From positions 32,001 to 96,000 of the forward strand of contig JBEKTQ010000007.1 of the NCBI GenBank assembly GCA_049515895.1: 64,000 bases of DNA. Direction: 5' to 3'. Made by a program: the position numbers and the translations under genes. Below are positions 9,957 to 19,351 of the stretch, in pieces; positions within the stretch are counted from its first letter, which is position 1; every line of letters starts with the position of its first letter. This stretch comes from Candidatus Bathyarchaeia archaeon (lineage in GTDB: Archaea > Thermoproteota > Bathyarchaeia > Bathyarchaeales > Bathycorpusculaceae). The notes under the pieces were generated by a model. That model made no database searches. It was not told the origin of the DNA and was given only the letters and a program-made list of their open reading frames with translations.

Positions 9957-10574
9957 CTAAAGCTTGCTTTTCATGATTTTTTCCGCTATTTCCAAGTCTT
10001 TGAACGTGTTTATGTTGAGTAATACCTCGAGTTCTTGCGTGATTAAGGCGTTTGTTTCTATCTTTGCTTCAGTTTGGCTTTTGGCGCCGTTAATGATGTT
10101 TACCCCTGACACGGCGTACCACTCGCCCTTGTACTCGTCGGTAGAGTCAACCGAGAGCCCTAAAGCTTCACGGGCTGAAATCGGCACGAAAACCGCGTAG
10201 AAGTCTTTCCCGCAAGCCTCAAACTGGCTGACTATTTTGTCGAGAAACTTGCCAGTGACAGCTGGAGAATCCGCTGGAACCGTTAAAATGGGACCCTGCA
10301 AATTGGCTTGGCGGACTGCCTGCTTCAAATCGTTGTGGTAACCCTTAGCGTCCGTCCGCACAACCTTCCAACCCATGCTTTGGCAGTGCTTCTCCGTTTC
10401 ACGCGTGTTGGGACTCGTTACCACGTAAAACTCCGAAATCTTCTCCGCACTCTCAACTGCCCCTGCAACCCAATCAAGTAGCGGCTTACCCATAAAATGC
10501 AGAAGCGGCTTTTCTACCGGCAATCCGATGCGCTTGCCTTTGCCCCCAGCCATAATCAACGCAGGAACTTTCAT
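9957..10574 (-). CDS. cobY: CobY-like NTP transferase, copy 1
   Basis: ALIMAGGKGKR..EKPL, PAD.P, G.NII, NINT..DL; overlaps cobS. Confidence 0.8.
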   Translation of the reverse strand: MKVPALIMAGGKGKRIGLPVEKPLLHFMGKPLLDWVAGAVESAEKISEFYVVTSPNTRETEKHCQSMGWKVVRTDAKGYHNDLKQAVRQANLQGPILTVPADSPAVTGKFLDKIVSQFEACGKDFYAVFVPISAREALGLSVDSTDEYKGEWYAVSGVNIINGAKSQTEAKIETNALITQELEVLLNINTFKDLEIAEKIMKSKL

Positions 10575-11401
10575 AGCAGAATCAACACGCCTGCAAACAA
10601 AATAAGCATAACTGCCCGCGAAACCTCGTTTGTCGCGCCAATCACGTCGCCGGAAACCCCACCAAAGATGTTTTCTGCAACCTTCTCCATCACCATGGCC
10701 ACTGGGATGCTGACCAGAACTAGCCCGACGGCGATTAAACCCAAGTAGGGTCTGCCTGTCAAAGCGAAGAAGGGGTAAACAATCAGAATGGAAATTGCGT
10801 ACGCGATTATGTTGAGTTTGGTTTTCGCTTTTTGTAGGAAAATCGAGCCTAACCCTTTATGTGTGGGTTTGCCAACCCAGACGATGGTGACCATAGATAG
10901 CTTTGCTGAGATTTCGGCGGCGAGGATGGCTCCGAAAGCGTAAAGCGGGTTAATCAAGAACAAGCCTACAAACGCGACGAACTCGACAATCAGCGCTAAC
11001 AAGGCCCCCCAGTAGGTCACGGTCCACGCGTGCGCGACCATTTTACGGTCTTGCAAGTTTCTTAAGCCAAAGGCGTTTCCTAAATCGATTAAGCCGTCGA
11101 AATGTTGTAGCCCTGTAATGACGAGTAAAAAAGCTATGGTCATCGCGGCAACCGCAAGCTTTGAAAGCAGGTCAACTGGCAAGGCAACAAACGGGTTAAC
11201 TAAACCAAGCAGGAAATGGATGATGATGTTTGCTCCGAGAAAGTAGGCTCCCGCAAGAACGCCGATTAAGCCGCCGATTATGGGAAAGAGGTAAACGTGC
11301 TCTGCCGTCGTAAAAATGAAATCTTCTTTTCCGCCCACTGGGATAATCGTTAGGAAAGACAGCAAATCCCTAAAAGTTTTTATAGCTTTCTCAGGCGACA
11401 T
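10571..11401 (-). CDS. cobS: Cobamide synthase CobS-like membrane protein, copy 1
   Basis: SFLTIIP, FPIIG, TGLQHFDGLID, FGGVSGDVIGA.NE. Confidence 0.82.
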   Translation of the reverse strand: MSPEKAIKTFRDLLSFLTIIPVGGKEDFIFTTAEHVYLFPIIGGLIGVLAGAYFLGANIIIHFLLGLVNPFVALPVDLLSKLAVAAMTIAFLLVITGLQHFDGLIDLGNAFGLRNLQDRKMVAHAWTVTYWGALLALIVEFVAFVGLFLINPLYAFGAILAAEISAKLSMVTIVWVGKPTHKGLGSIFLQKAKTKLNIIAYAISILIVYPFFALTGRPYLGLIAVGLVLVSIPVAMVMEKVAENIFGGVSGDVIGATNEVSRAVMLILFAGVLILL

Positions 11402-11448
11402 ATACCCTACACTAATTGAATCGGGATATAGACTTTGTCGTGGTAGTT

Positions 11449-12378
11449 ATGGGGGAACTCAAAGGGAAGAAGATACTTGTAACGGGCGGAGCAGGCTTCA
11501 TCGGATTCCACTTGTGCAGGCGTCTTACAGATTTAACTTCTAACTTGACGATTTACGATGACTTGTCAAGCGGCAAAATGGATAACGTTAAAGACGTTGG
11601 AAAAGTAAAGTTGGTTAAAGGAAACATCCTTGACCAAAAAAAGCTGCTTTCAACGGAAAAGGCTGATTTAATTTATCACTTAGCCGCCCAGGTTGTTGTC
11701 CCCTACAGCATGGAGAACCCGCTGATAGATTTCGAGACCAACGCAAAAGGAACCCTGCAAGTACTCGAAAAAGCCCGCAAAGACGACGCCAAACTTGTTT
11801 TCGCCTCCAGCGCCGCAGTCTACGGCAACCCGACTCAGCTGCCAACAAAGGAAGATTACGGTTTCCACCCGGTCTCCTGTTACGGCTTATCCAAGGTGGT
11901 CGGCGAAGAATATTGTGGAATGTACAGGGACCAATACGGGTTAGACGTGACCGTCGTAAGGTTCGCTAACGTTTACGGGTTAAGATGCCACGGGGTCATC
12001 CACGACTTCTTAGACAAAATAGCCAAGAACCCAAACAAACTTGAAATAATCGGCACTGGGTTGCAGTCACGCGATTTGGTGCATATTTCAGATGTAGTTG
12101 ACGCGCTCTTGACGGTGGGCTCGGAAGAATTCACAAATGGCGAAACCTACAATATCGGTTTTGGAACAACGACAAAAATAATTGACCTTGCCAACCTTAT
12201 CCTTCAAATTCTTAACTTGCAAAACAAAACTGTCATTACAACTACTGGAGTCTCTTGGCAAGGCGACATCAACACGATTTGGTTCGACATTTCCAAAACT
12301 AGAAAAGAGCTCCATTGGAACCCTAAAGTAAGCCTTGAAGACAGCATTAAAGAAGTCATCGCTGACAGGAAACTTTAA
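11449..12378 (+). CDS. NAD-dependent NDP-sugar epimerase/dehydratase (GalE-like)
   Basis: VTGGAGFIG, SSAAVYG, YGLSK, RFANVYG. ATG 11449 is the probable start. Confidence 0.9.
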   Translation: MGELKGKKILVTGGAGFIGFHLCRRLTDLTSNLTIYDDLSSGKMDNVKDVGKVKLVKGNILDQKKLLSTEKADLIYHLAAQVVVPYSMENPLIDFETNAKGTLQVLEKARKDDAKLVFASSAAVYGNPTQLPTKEDYGFHPVSCYGLSKVVGEEYCGMYRDQYGLDVTVVRFANVYGLRCHGVIHDFLDKIAKNPNKLEIIGTGLQSRDLVHISDVVDALLTVGSEEFTNGETYNIGFGTTTKIIDLANLILQILNLQNKTVITTTGVSWQGDINTIWFDISKTRKELHWNPKVSLEDSIKEVIADRKL

Positions 12379-13265
12379 TGGCTGCTCCAGCCCCAGCCAG
12401 AGGACTAATCGCTCTTCTGCGACTTCCATACTGGCTGATGACTGGCGGCTTATCAGTACTAACAGCATTCGCCATCACAAAAAGCCCCCTAAGCCTGAGC
12501 GCGCAGACAGTTCTGCTGATTTTCTTTTCAATGGCTTTCATAACATCCGCCGGCTTCGCAGTAAACGACTACTTTGATAGAGAAAGCGACGCCGTGATCA
12601 AGCCAAAACGCCCCATACCTTCCGGCGCCCTGACTCTCAGACAGGTCGTGGTGGTTTCAAGCGTGCTTTTTGCAGCGGGTTTAGTCATGGCTTTCTTCAT
12701 CAACTGGTTAAGCTTCGCGATCATCGCTGTTGACTCCGCTTTGTTGCTGGTTTATTCGACGGTTGTGAAGCGTAAGTCAGGGTTTGCAGCAAACGTTCTA
12801 GTTGGAATTTTAACAGGCACCGCTTTTATGTATGGGGAAGCAACAATTTCTATTCCTCCAGCTGTAAGCATCGTTTCACTCAGCCTCTACCCGATAGCTT
12901 TGGGCACAGTAGGCGGCAACGTGCTTCGCGATGTCCTAAGCCTTGACGGGGATTCAAAAACGGGGTACCCGACGCTTCCTCAGAAAATCGGCATAAGCGA
13001 TTCAGCCAAGGTGGCCGCTGGGTTTTTCCTTTTGACTGGCTTGTTTGCGCCTCTTCCCTTTTTAGTGGGCAACTTCAACTTGTACTATCTTTTACCTATT
13101 CTTGTTTGGAGTTGTCTTCTGATTTACTCTTCAGTTCGCCTCGTAATGGCGTCTTCAAATGTTTTAAATGTGCGGAAGTATGAACGGGTTGTCACTATGT
13201 CAATGATTCTGCTTCCGTTAGCGTTGATTCTTCAAGCGCTATCCCACATAATCGGAGGGCTATAG
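12378..13265 (+). CDS. UbiA prenyltransferase, DGGGP-synthase-like
   Basis: NDYFDRESD..IKPKRPIPSG, GD...GYPTLP, multiple TM segments. Confidence 0.85.
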   Translation: MAAPAPARGLIALLRLPYWLMTGGLSVLTAFAITKSPLSLSAQTVLLIFFSMAFITSAGFAVNDYFDRESDAVIKPKRPIPSGALTLRQVVVVSSVLFAAGLVMAFFINWLSFAIIAVDSALLLVYSTVVKRKSGFAANVLVGILTGTAFMYGEATISIPPAVSIVSLSLYPIALGTVGGNVLRDVLSLDGDSKTGYPTLPQKIGISDSAKVAAGFFLLTGLFAPLPFLVGNFNLYYLLPILVWSCLLIYSSVRLVMASSNVLNVRKYERVVTMSMILLPLALILQALSHIIGGL

Positions 13266-14738
13266 GCGAGCGAAACAAAAAGTATTTGCCCAGAATGCCA
13301 GAAGAAAATAGACGCTAAATTAACCCAAGCTAACAGCAAAATAAAAATTACCAAACAATGCCCAGAACACGGCGATTTCGAAGCCACTCATTGGCAAAGC
13401 TTACCTGTTTTCAGCCACATGCAAACTTACGACCAATTCCAGTACCTCGGCGACTTAAACGCTCCCAAAAACCCTGAAGGCTGCCCATACGCCTGCGAAA
13501 CCTGCACTAAACACGCCTCAGGCACAGTCATCGGGGTAATCGACGTTACGAAACGCTGCAACCTCAAATGCGCCGTATGCTTCTCAACGTTTCCAGAGCA
13601 GGAAACCGACTACGAACCAACCAAAGAACACCTCATAAAAATGCTGGAATTCGTAAGCAAAGCTAACCCCAAGCCGCCAGCCATCTTGTTCTCAGGCGGA
13701 GAACCCCTTGAACGAGAAGACATGCCTGAAATCATCGGCGTCGCCCACAAACTAAAGTTCATGACAATTCTTGCAACCAATGGGACACATTTGGTTGATA
13801 CTCCGGGGTTGGCAAAGAAGCTGAAAGACAAAGGCTTAAACATCGTTTATTTATCGTTTGATAGCTTCCATGACGATTTTAACAAGAAGATTAGAGGAAA
13901 AGCACTATTAGAAGAAAAACTCAAGGCTATCGACGTTTGCCGCAAATACGACATGGAAATCATATTAGTTAACACTTTGATGAAGAGTTTGAACGATAAG
14001 GAAGTCGGCGACATGATACGATTCGCCGCCAAAAATACCGACATAGTTCGAGGCTTGATCTTCCAACCAATCGCTTTCACTGGCAGAGCCACCGAGAACC
14101 CCTTCCGTGAAAACTTCCGCGAGTGGTCCTTTGCAGAAGACGTTGAGAAACAAACATACGGTGAAATAAAAACCACTGATTTATTCCCTATGTCCGTTAT
14201 GACTTCGCCAATCAAGATAATGCGCAAATTTATGCAGAAACCATGGCCCCTTTTCTCTTGCAGCCCCCAATGCGGTATCGTGAATTGGATTTACGTTTCT
14301 AAAGAGGGCAAAATGTTCCCAATCAACCGTTTTGTCAACTTTGAACGCTTCTTTTCTACAATTCGAAAAACCGCTGAGTCCGCTGAGTCTAAAGGCAAGT
14401 TCTCGCTTCTTTCTTCACTATTTATGGCGTCCATGCTTTCCATGAACATGTTGTTGGTAACCCAAGAAGTAGGAATGCTGACTCTGATGAGCTCGATTAT
14501 GCGCATGCATCTTTCGCCCTCTTACCAGTCGCTAGGCAAAATCCGCAGAAGAATCTTTCTGCTAGGGTGCATGGCGTTTATGGATTCATACAACTTCGAC
14601 GTCAACCGCGTAAGACGATGTGTAGTCCACTATATCACGCCTGACTTGAAAATCATACCTTTTTGCGCTTACAACAACATCCATCGAGTGGCTATCGAAA
14701 AAGAGTACGCCGCAAAACACAAGAAATCTCAAACTTAG
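13266..14738 (+). CDS. tes: Tetraether lipid synthase Tes (GDGT-MAS / MJ0619 family radical SAM); start codon unresolved
   Basis: Frame open from 13266: ASETKSICPECQKKID..ITKQCPEHGDF, GCPYACETCTKH, CNLKCAVC, SGGEP, CMAFMD.YNFD..RV.RC..HY.TPD.KIIPFC.YN. Confidence 0.88.
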   Translation, partial: ASETKSICPECQKKIDAKLTQANSKIKITKQCPEHGDFEATHWQSLPVFSHMQTYDQFQYLGDLNAPKNPEGCPYACETCTKHASGTVIGVIDVTKRCNLKCAVCFSTFPEQETDYEPTKEHLIKMLEFVSKANPKPPAILFSGGEPLEREDMPEIIGVAHKLKFMTILATNGTHLVDTPGLAKKLKDKGLNIVYLSFDSFHDDFNKKIRGKALLEEKLKAIDVCRKYDMEIILVNTLMKSLNDKEVGDMIRFAAKNTDIVRGLIFQPIAFTGRATENPFRENFREWSFAEDVEKQTYGEIKTTDLFPMSVMTSPIKIMRKFMQKPWPLFSCSPQCGIVNWIYVSKEGKMFPINRFVNFERFFSTIRKTAESAESKGKFSLLSSLFMASMLSMNMLLVTQEVGMLTLMSSIMRMHLSPSYQSLGKIRRRIFLLGCMAFMDSYNFDVNRVRRCVVHYITPDLKIIPFCAYNNIHRVAIEKEYAAKHKKSQT

Positions 14739-15256
14739 TTTATAACTTGAATCGGCAAGACGCAATAGTCATAAGTAAACTGGTACGCGCCGCCATCAGG
14801 ATTGAACTTGTACAGTTCAAAAACAACCCAGTAGCTGCCGACCTGATTTTCCGTGACGGTGATTGACTTCTCCCAACTTTGGCCATTTTTTAGGGTCATA
14901 TCGTAGGTTCCAGTTGGCTGAACGTTAACCGGAGAAGAATTAAGATTGTTGGTTATTTTCACCAAAACTTGGTATTGCACGGTCCATCCCACGTTATTGA
15001 CAACAGTGAGCGGCGCACTAAATGTGCTATTCTGGTTAGCAATCAAAATCTGCGGGTAATCAACCGCTTTGTTTTGCGAATCAAGCAGGTAAATCGTGCT
15101 GTAACCTTCGGGCGCGGGTTTATAGAGCAAATAATACCCTGCCAGCAACGATGCAATAATAATTAAGGCAAGGGCGATTGCAACTATGTAGCCTTTGTCA
15201 TCGTTTATGCCTATTTTCTCTCCAATGTTTTTGGCACGTTCTAACTGTATCCGCAT
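14735..15256 (-). CDS. DUF1616-like membrane-anchored protein
   Basis: One TM, E.YS.IYLL......DYP, Ig-like C-terminus with VFELY. Confidence 0.7.
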   Translation of the reverse strand: MRIQLERAKNIGEKIGINDDKGYIVAIALALIIIASLLAGYYLLYKPAPEGYSTIYLLDSQNKAVDYPQILIANQNSTFSAPLTVVNNVGWTVQYQVLVKITNNLNSSPVNVQPTGTYDMTLKNGQSWEKSITVTENQVGSYWVVFELYKFNPDGGAYQFTYDYCVLPIQVIN

Positions 15257-15935
15257 CTAGAAATCCCTTGAATATTGTGCTAAATATTTCAATACCCGAC
15301 TTAAATGGTTTAAGCTTAGTCTTCCCGTATTTGCGGGGTTTGTATGTAGTGGGGATTTCAACCATGTTATATCCAACCTTGGCGAATTGCACCAGCATTT
15401 CAGTGGCAAAAGCCATGTCACCTTCTACTAGAGGAACGTTGTCGATGGCTTCGTGTGATATTGCTCGGAATCCTGATTGCGTGTCGCTGAGCAGTTGACT
15501 GTAAAAGAAGTCGTAGACCATGGTTATTATTTTGTTTCCGATGAAATTTTTAAATCCCATGGCTTTTTTCGGGTCGAACATCCGCGTGGCTAAAACCATG
15601 TCTGCGTCCTTCTCAACCATTCTCTCAAGCAAGCGGTTGATGTGTTTTACCTCGTAGGTTCCGTCACCGTCAACCATGACGATAATGTTTCCCTTTGCAT
15701 TTTTCATGCCCGTTCTGAGAGCGATTCCGTAGCCGCGTCTCGGCTCAATAATGAGCTTGCAAAAACTCGTGTCCTTAACGATTTCTATTGTCCCATCTGT
15801 GGAGTTGCCGTCAACGACAATTATCTCCTTCGGGTACGCCAGTTCCTTCTCGATGGTTGTCACTGCCTCAAGAATGTTTCCCGCTTCGTTAAGCGTTGGA
15901 ATAACGACCGAAACCATTTCAACTTTTGATGTCAT
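15198..15935 (-). CDS. GT2 glycosyltransferase (DPM1-like)
   Basis: VVIPTLNE, VDG.S.DGT, GYG.A, DGDGTY, DTQSGFR. Confidence 0.9.
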   Translation of the reverse strand: MTSKVEMVSVVIPTLNEAGNILEAVTTIEKELAYPKEIIVVDGNSTDGTIEIVKDTSFCKLIIEPRRGYGIALRTGMKNAKGNIIVMVDGDGTYEVKHINRLLERMVEKDADMVLATRMFDPKKAMGFKNFIGNKIITMVYDFFYSQLLSDTQSGFRAISHEAIDNVPLVEGDMAFATEMLVQFAKVGYNMVEIPTTYKPRKYGKTKLKPFKSGIEIFSTIFKGFLDADTVRTCQKHWRENRHKR

Positions 15936-15978
15936 GGCAAACTCCCATCGTGAAGGCTATAGTGTCTTCGCATCAAGG

Positions 15979-17136
15979 TTAAATAAGCTCTTCGTATATT
16001 TCCACGAGAGTTTCAACGTTTCTGTCCCAGCTATACTTTTCTTCAACCGCAGCCCGAAGCTCCCCTATGCCACAGGATAAATCAGCATCCGAATATTCTA
16101 AGATTGCTTTAGCCATGAGCTCCGGTTGATTGGGCGGCACCAACTTACCGAAATCTTCCATTAGAATCTCCTTTATTCCCCCGACGTTTGTAGCTATAAT
16201 CGGCAAGCCACAAGCCATCGCTTCAAGCGCAACCAAAGGCAAACCTTCACCAGATTTTGATGGCAACAAAAAGAAGTCAGCCGCATTATAACAGGAAGGC
16301 AAATCCCCATCGCTGACGAAGCCGGCAAGCCGAAAGTTTTTTTCTATCCCTAACTGACAAATTCTGGTTTGAACGTCGTTTTGATCGGGTCCTTTCCCCA
16401 CAACAAGGAAAACAAGGTTTGGATTCTTCTTGACCGCGATGTTTGCGCTTTCAATCAACGTGTCGATCCCGTTCTTGTAAACAAGCCTCCTCACAGTCAA
16501 GGCCACGACCGCGTTATTTGGAATCCCAAATTTGAATCGCATTTCCTCCCGTTTTCCCGGAAGATGCCTAAAATGAACCAGGTCAACGCCGTTATGCAGA
16601 ACTCTGATTTTGTCTGGTTTTGCACCCAAACTGAGGACATACTCTCTGGTTGCGTTACTCACCGTGATTATTCTGTCTGCTTCTTTAAGCGTCTCCGTTC
16701 CAACTGTCAGGTCGTTTAGGCGCTCGACTTTGTCAAACATGCTGTCGTACTGAATGAACGTGTTGTGCTGAGTTAAAAAAAAGGGCTTTCCATACCTTTT
16801 GGCAAGTTTGGCAGCAATAAGCGACGTAAGGTAGGGGTGACCATGCGCGTGAACTATATCGCTTGCCTTCACGGCTCTAAGGAAAGTTTCAAGGCTTGTG
16901 GGCGTTGGGATCGAGTAGGGTATACCCAGGCGAAAGCCTGTGTTTAAAGATTCATAGCATTCAACGTTTATGCCTTCGACTGAATAGGTTTTAGGGGTGT
17001 CGATGCGGTTGGTGACAACTGTGGGCTTGAAATTCTTCATCATTAGCCGCTTGCTCTGTTCATAAACAACCTTTTCTATCCCGCCGACATGGGGTAGAAA
17101 AGTATGCGTAACGATGCACAGCCTTGTTTGAACCAT
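15979..17136 (-). CDS. GT4 glycosyltransferase
   Basis: P.VGGIE, HNGVD, EGLPLVALEAMACGLP. ATG 17136 is the probable start. Confidence 0.9.
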   Translation of the reverse strand: MVQTRLCIVTHTFLPHVGGIEKVVYEQSKRLMMKNFKPTVVTNRIDTPKTYSVEGINVECYESLNTGFRLGIPYSIPTPTSLETFLRAVKASDIVHAHGHPYLTSLIAAKLAKRYGKPFFLTQHNTFIQYDSMFDKVERLNDLTVGTETLKEADRIITVSNATREYVLSLGAKPDKIRVLHNGVDLVHFRHLPGKREEMRFKFGIPNNAVVALTVRRLVYKNGIDTLIESANIAVKKNPNLVFLVVGKGPDQNDVQTRICQLGIEKNFRLAGFVSDGDLPSCYNAADFFLLPSKSGEGLPLVALEAMACGLPIIATNVGGIKEILMEDFGKLVPPNQPELMAKAILEYSDADLSCGIGELRAAVEEKYSWDRNVETLVEIYEELI

Positions 17137-17561
17137 GGAAACCCAACAGCGTAAACTCCTCAATCGACAAGCAATTATAAGCCTTCTGGTAAATTTACAC
17201 ACAGGCGCTCACAGGTGGAACAGTTCAAATGCACTCTCTAAGTGGAAATCGCGGCTATTGAGCGTAAAATTTTTTTGAGCGCCTCGTATTCATCGAAACC
17301 AAAATACTTATATGAAGAGGTTGGATAAACCAACCAAACACGGGCGGATAATTTGCTGAAAATCGAGAAAAGACCGCTTATTCCACTCAATCTTCTACCA
17401 ATCGGCATATTATCTGGATATTTAACGACCAAAACCACGTTTTCCTGTTCACACGTTTCTGAGCTTATTTTGCCTAAATCGTTTGCAAGTCACGTTCACT
17501 TTGAACCAGTTGAGAAATCAACGGTTAAGGGTGAAGGACAATTACGGAGGATATAACCAGA

Positions 17562-18248
17562 ATGAAAGTTGTTGCTTCATGGAGCGGAGGCAAAGACAGC
17601 TGCTACGCATACTACTTGGCAACCCAGCAAGGCTACGAAGTAGTCAACATCTTAACCATGATGATGAGCAAGGAGAAATCAAACTTCCATATGATACCCG
17701 TCGGCATCTTGGATGCCCAATCAGATGCCATAGACATTCCGATAATCAAACAGCAAGCTACCCCAAAAACGTACGAAGACGACTTCAAAGTTGCATTGCA
17801 ACGGTTCAAAGCTGAAGGCGTTGAAGGCTTAGTAACAGGAGACATTTACGAGGTAGCGGGGCATGAGCAGGGTTGGCTGGGCAGAGTGCTCAAAGAAGTC
17901 GGCTTAAAACCGATAAAACCGCTCTGGATGCTTGATACAAAACAGATTTACCTTGACTACCTAAAAACGGGCTTCAAAGCAACCGTAGTCCGCACCAACC
18001 TGCAGAAGCTGGGCGTGGAGTGGCTTGGAAGAGTTTTAGACAGAAAATTCTACGACGACATCCTCAAGCTCGGGAACGTTGATCCATGCGGAGAAGGCGG
18101 CGAATACCACACTGTCATCACGGATGGACCCACTTTTAAGAAAAAGATTGAAATCCTAGAAACGCAAAAACACAAGCTAGACGGTGGCTTCGGATGTCTC
18201 GAAATCAAAAGGTTCGAAGTCAAGCCGAAAGGCAAGGGTAAAACGTAG
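17562..18248 (+). CDS. DUF71/COG2102 PP-loop ATPase (diphthine-ammonia ligase family), probably the B12-salvage subgroup
   Basis: SWSGGKDS, TGDI, DPCGEGGEYHT; first gene of the cobT-cobS-cobY operon. Confidence 0.85.
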   Translation: MKVVASWSGGKDSCYAYYLATQQGYEVVNILTMMMSKEKSNFHMIPVGILDAQSDAIDIPIIKQQATPKTYEDDFKVALQRFKAEGVEGLVTGDIYEVAGHEQGWLGRVLKEVGLKPIKPLWMLDTKQIYLDYLKTGFKATVVRTNLQKLGVEWLGRVLDRKFYDDILKLGNVDPCGEGGEYHTVITDGPTFKKKIEILETQKHKLDGGFGCLEIKRFEVKPKGKGKT

Positions 18249-18249
18249 A

Positions 18250-19350
18250 ATGGATCAAGCACTTGACGTAATAATCGCTAATAATGAATTGAAAGCGCGA
18301 GCTTTTTTGGAAGAAGTTGCGGGGAAAAACCCTCTTTTCATTTGTGCAATAGCAACAACTGAAACCGGCAAAATCGCAGGTATATCTGCGGCTGGCGCCA
18401 ATCCCGAATTCACAGATTACACTCCGCCTGCAGATGCTGAACTACTTCTGTTAGGTAAGTGCAAATCTATTAATGGTGTTCCTATTACTCCTGATGGAAT
18501 TCCTACGCCTGGTCTAATCACAAGGTCAGCTTTGCAGTTGGCTGACATTTCCGTGTTGATTGCAAGCGGCGGGTTAAAGGTGAAGCCGCAGATTCCTTTT
18601 TTAGATTTAGGTGGAAGCCCAGGTAGGGACATTCGTAGCGGCAATGCAGTTGACAATGTTGCAGAAGTTATTGAACGTGCAAAGATTGCTGGGCAAAACT
18701 TGGCTAAAGCCACAGATTACCTTGTGATTGGCGAGAGCATTCCGGGAGGGACAACAACAGCCCTTGGCGTGCTGTCAGCACTTGGCGTGAAAGCGGAGGG
18801 AAAAGTAAGCAGCACGTTGCCGCAGAATCCTCACATTCTAAAAGCTGAAACGGTCAGGGCGGGCTTGGCGGCTGCAGGTGAAAGTTTCGGCAGCTTAGCA
18901 AAAGACCCAATTAAGGCTATTTCGTGCCTTGGCGACCCGATGATGGCTGCCTTCACAGGCTTAGTCGTTGGTGCGGCGGGGCAGGTTCCAGTATTGATGG
19001 CCGGCGGAACGCAGATGAGCGCTATCTTGGCCCTGATTAACGCTTTGAAGCCCGATGTTCTATGCAATGTGGCTGTGGGGACGACTCGGTGGGTTGCGAA
19101 AGACAAGTCATCCGATCTCAAAGGTATAGTGAAGCAGTTCTGCGATGTGCCGATTTTGGCAGCGAACCTGAACTTTGGATGTTCCCGTTTCCCGGGTTTA
19201 CAGATCTACGAGACTGGTCTTGTGAAGGAGGGGGTCGGCGCGGGAGGAGCTTCGATCGCAGCGATGGCGAAGACCGGCGGCGCAGTGACGGCTGACCTAT
19301 TGCTTAAAGAGATAGAGCGCAATTATGCTTTGCTGATGGGTTTGAAGTGA
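18250..19350 (+). CDS. cobT: Archaeal CobT (NaMN:base phosphoribosyltransferase)
   Basis: GISAAG, TPPADAE, PTPG.IT, GESIPGGTTTA, GDPM, AGGTQM, VKEGVGAGG. Confidence 0.88.
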   Translation: MDQALDVIIANNELKARAFLEEVAGKNPLFICAIATTETGKIAGISAAGANPEFTDYTPPADAELLLLGKCKSINGVPITPDGIPTPGLITRSALQLADISVLIASGGLKVKPQIPFLDLGGSPGRDIRSGNAVDNVAEVIERAKIAGQNLAKATDYLVIGESIPGGTTTALGVLSALGVKAEGKVSSTLPQNPHILKAETVRAGLAAAGESFGSLAKDPIKAISCLGDPMMAAFTGLVVGAAGQVPVLMAGGTQMSAILALINALKPDVLCNVAVGTTRWVAKDKSSDLKGIVKQFCDVPILAANLNFGCSRFPGLQIYETGLVKEGVGAGGASIAAMAKTGGAVTADLLLKEIERNYALLMGLK

Positions 19351-19351
19351 G

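Noticed and set aside
13263-13265. Genome-wide TAG-to-pyrrolysine recoding
   Set aside because: TAG ends full-length genes here (sua5, moeA, speB), so any read-through would be local
17203-17561. Cobalamin riboswitch ahead of the cob operon
   Set aside because: No B12-box or AGGGAA core recognisable
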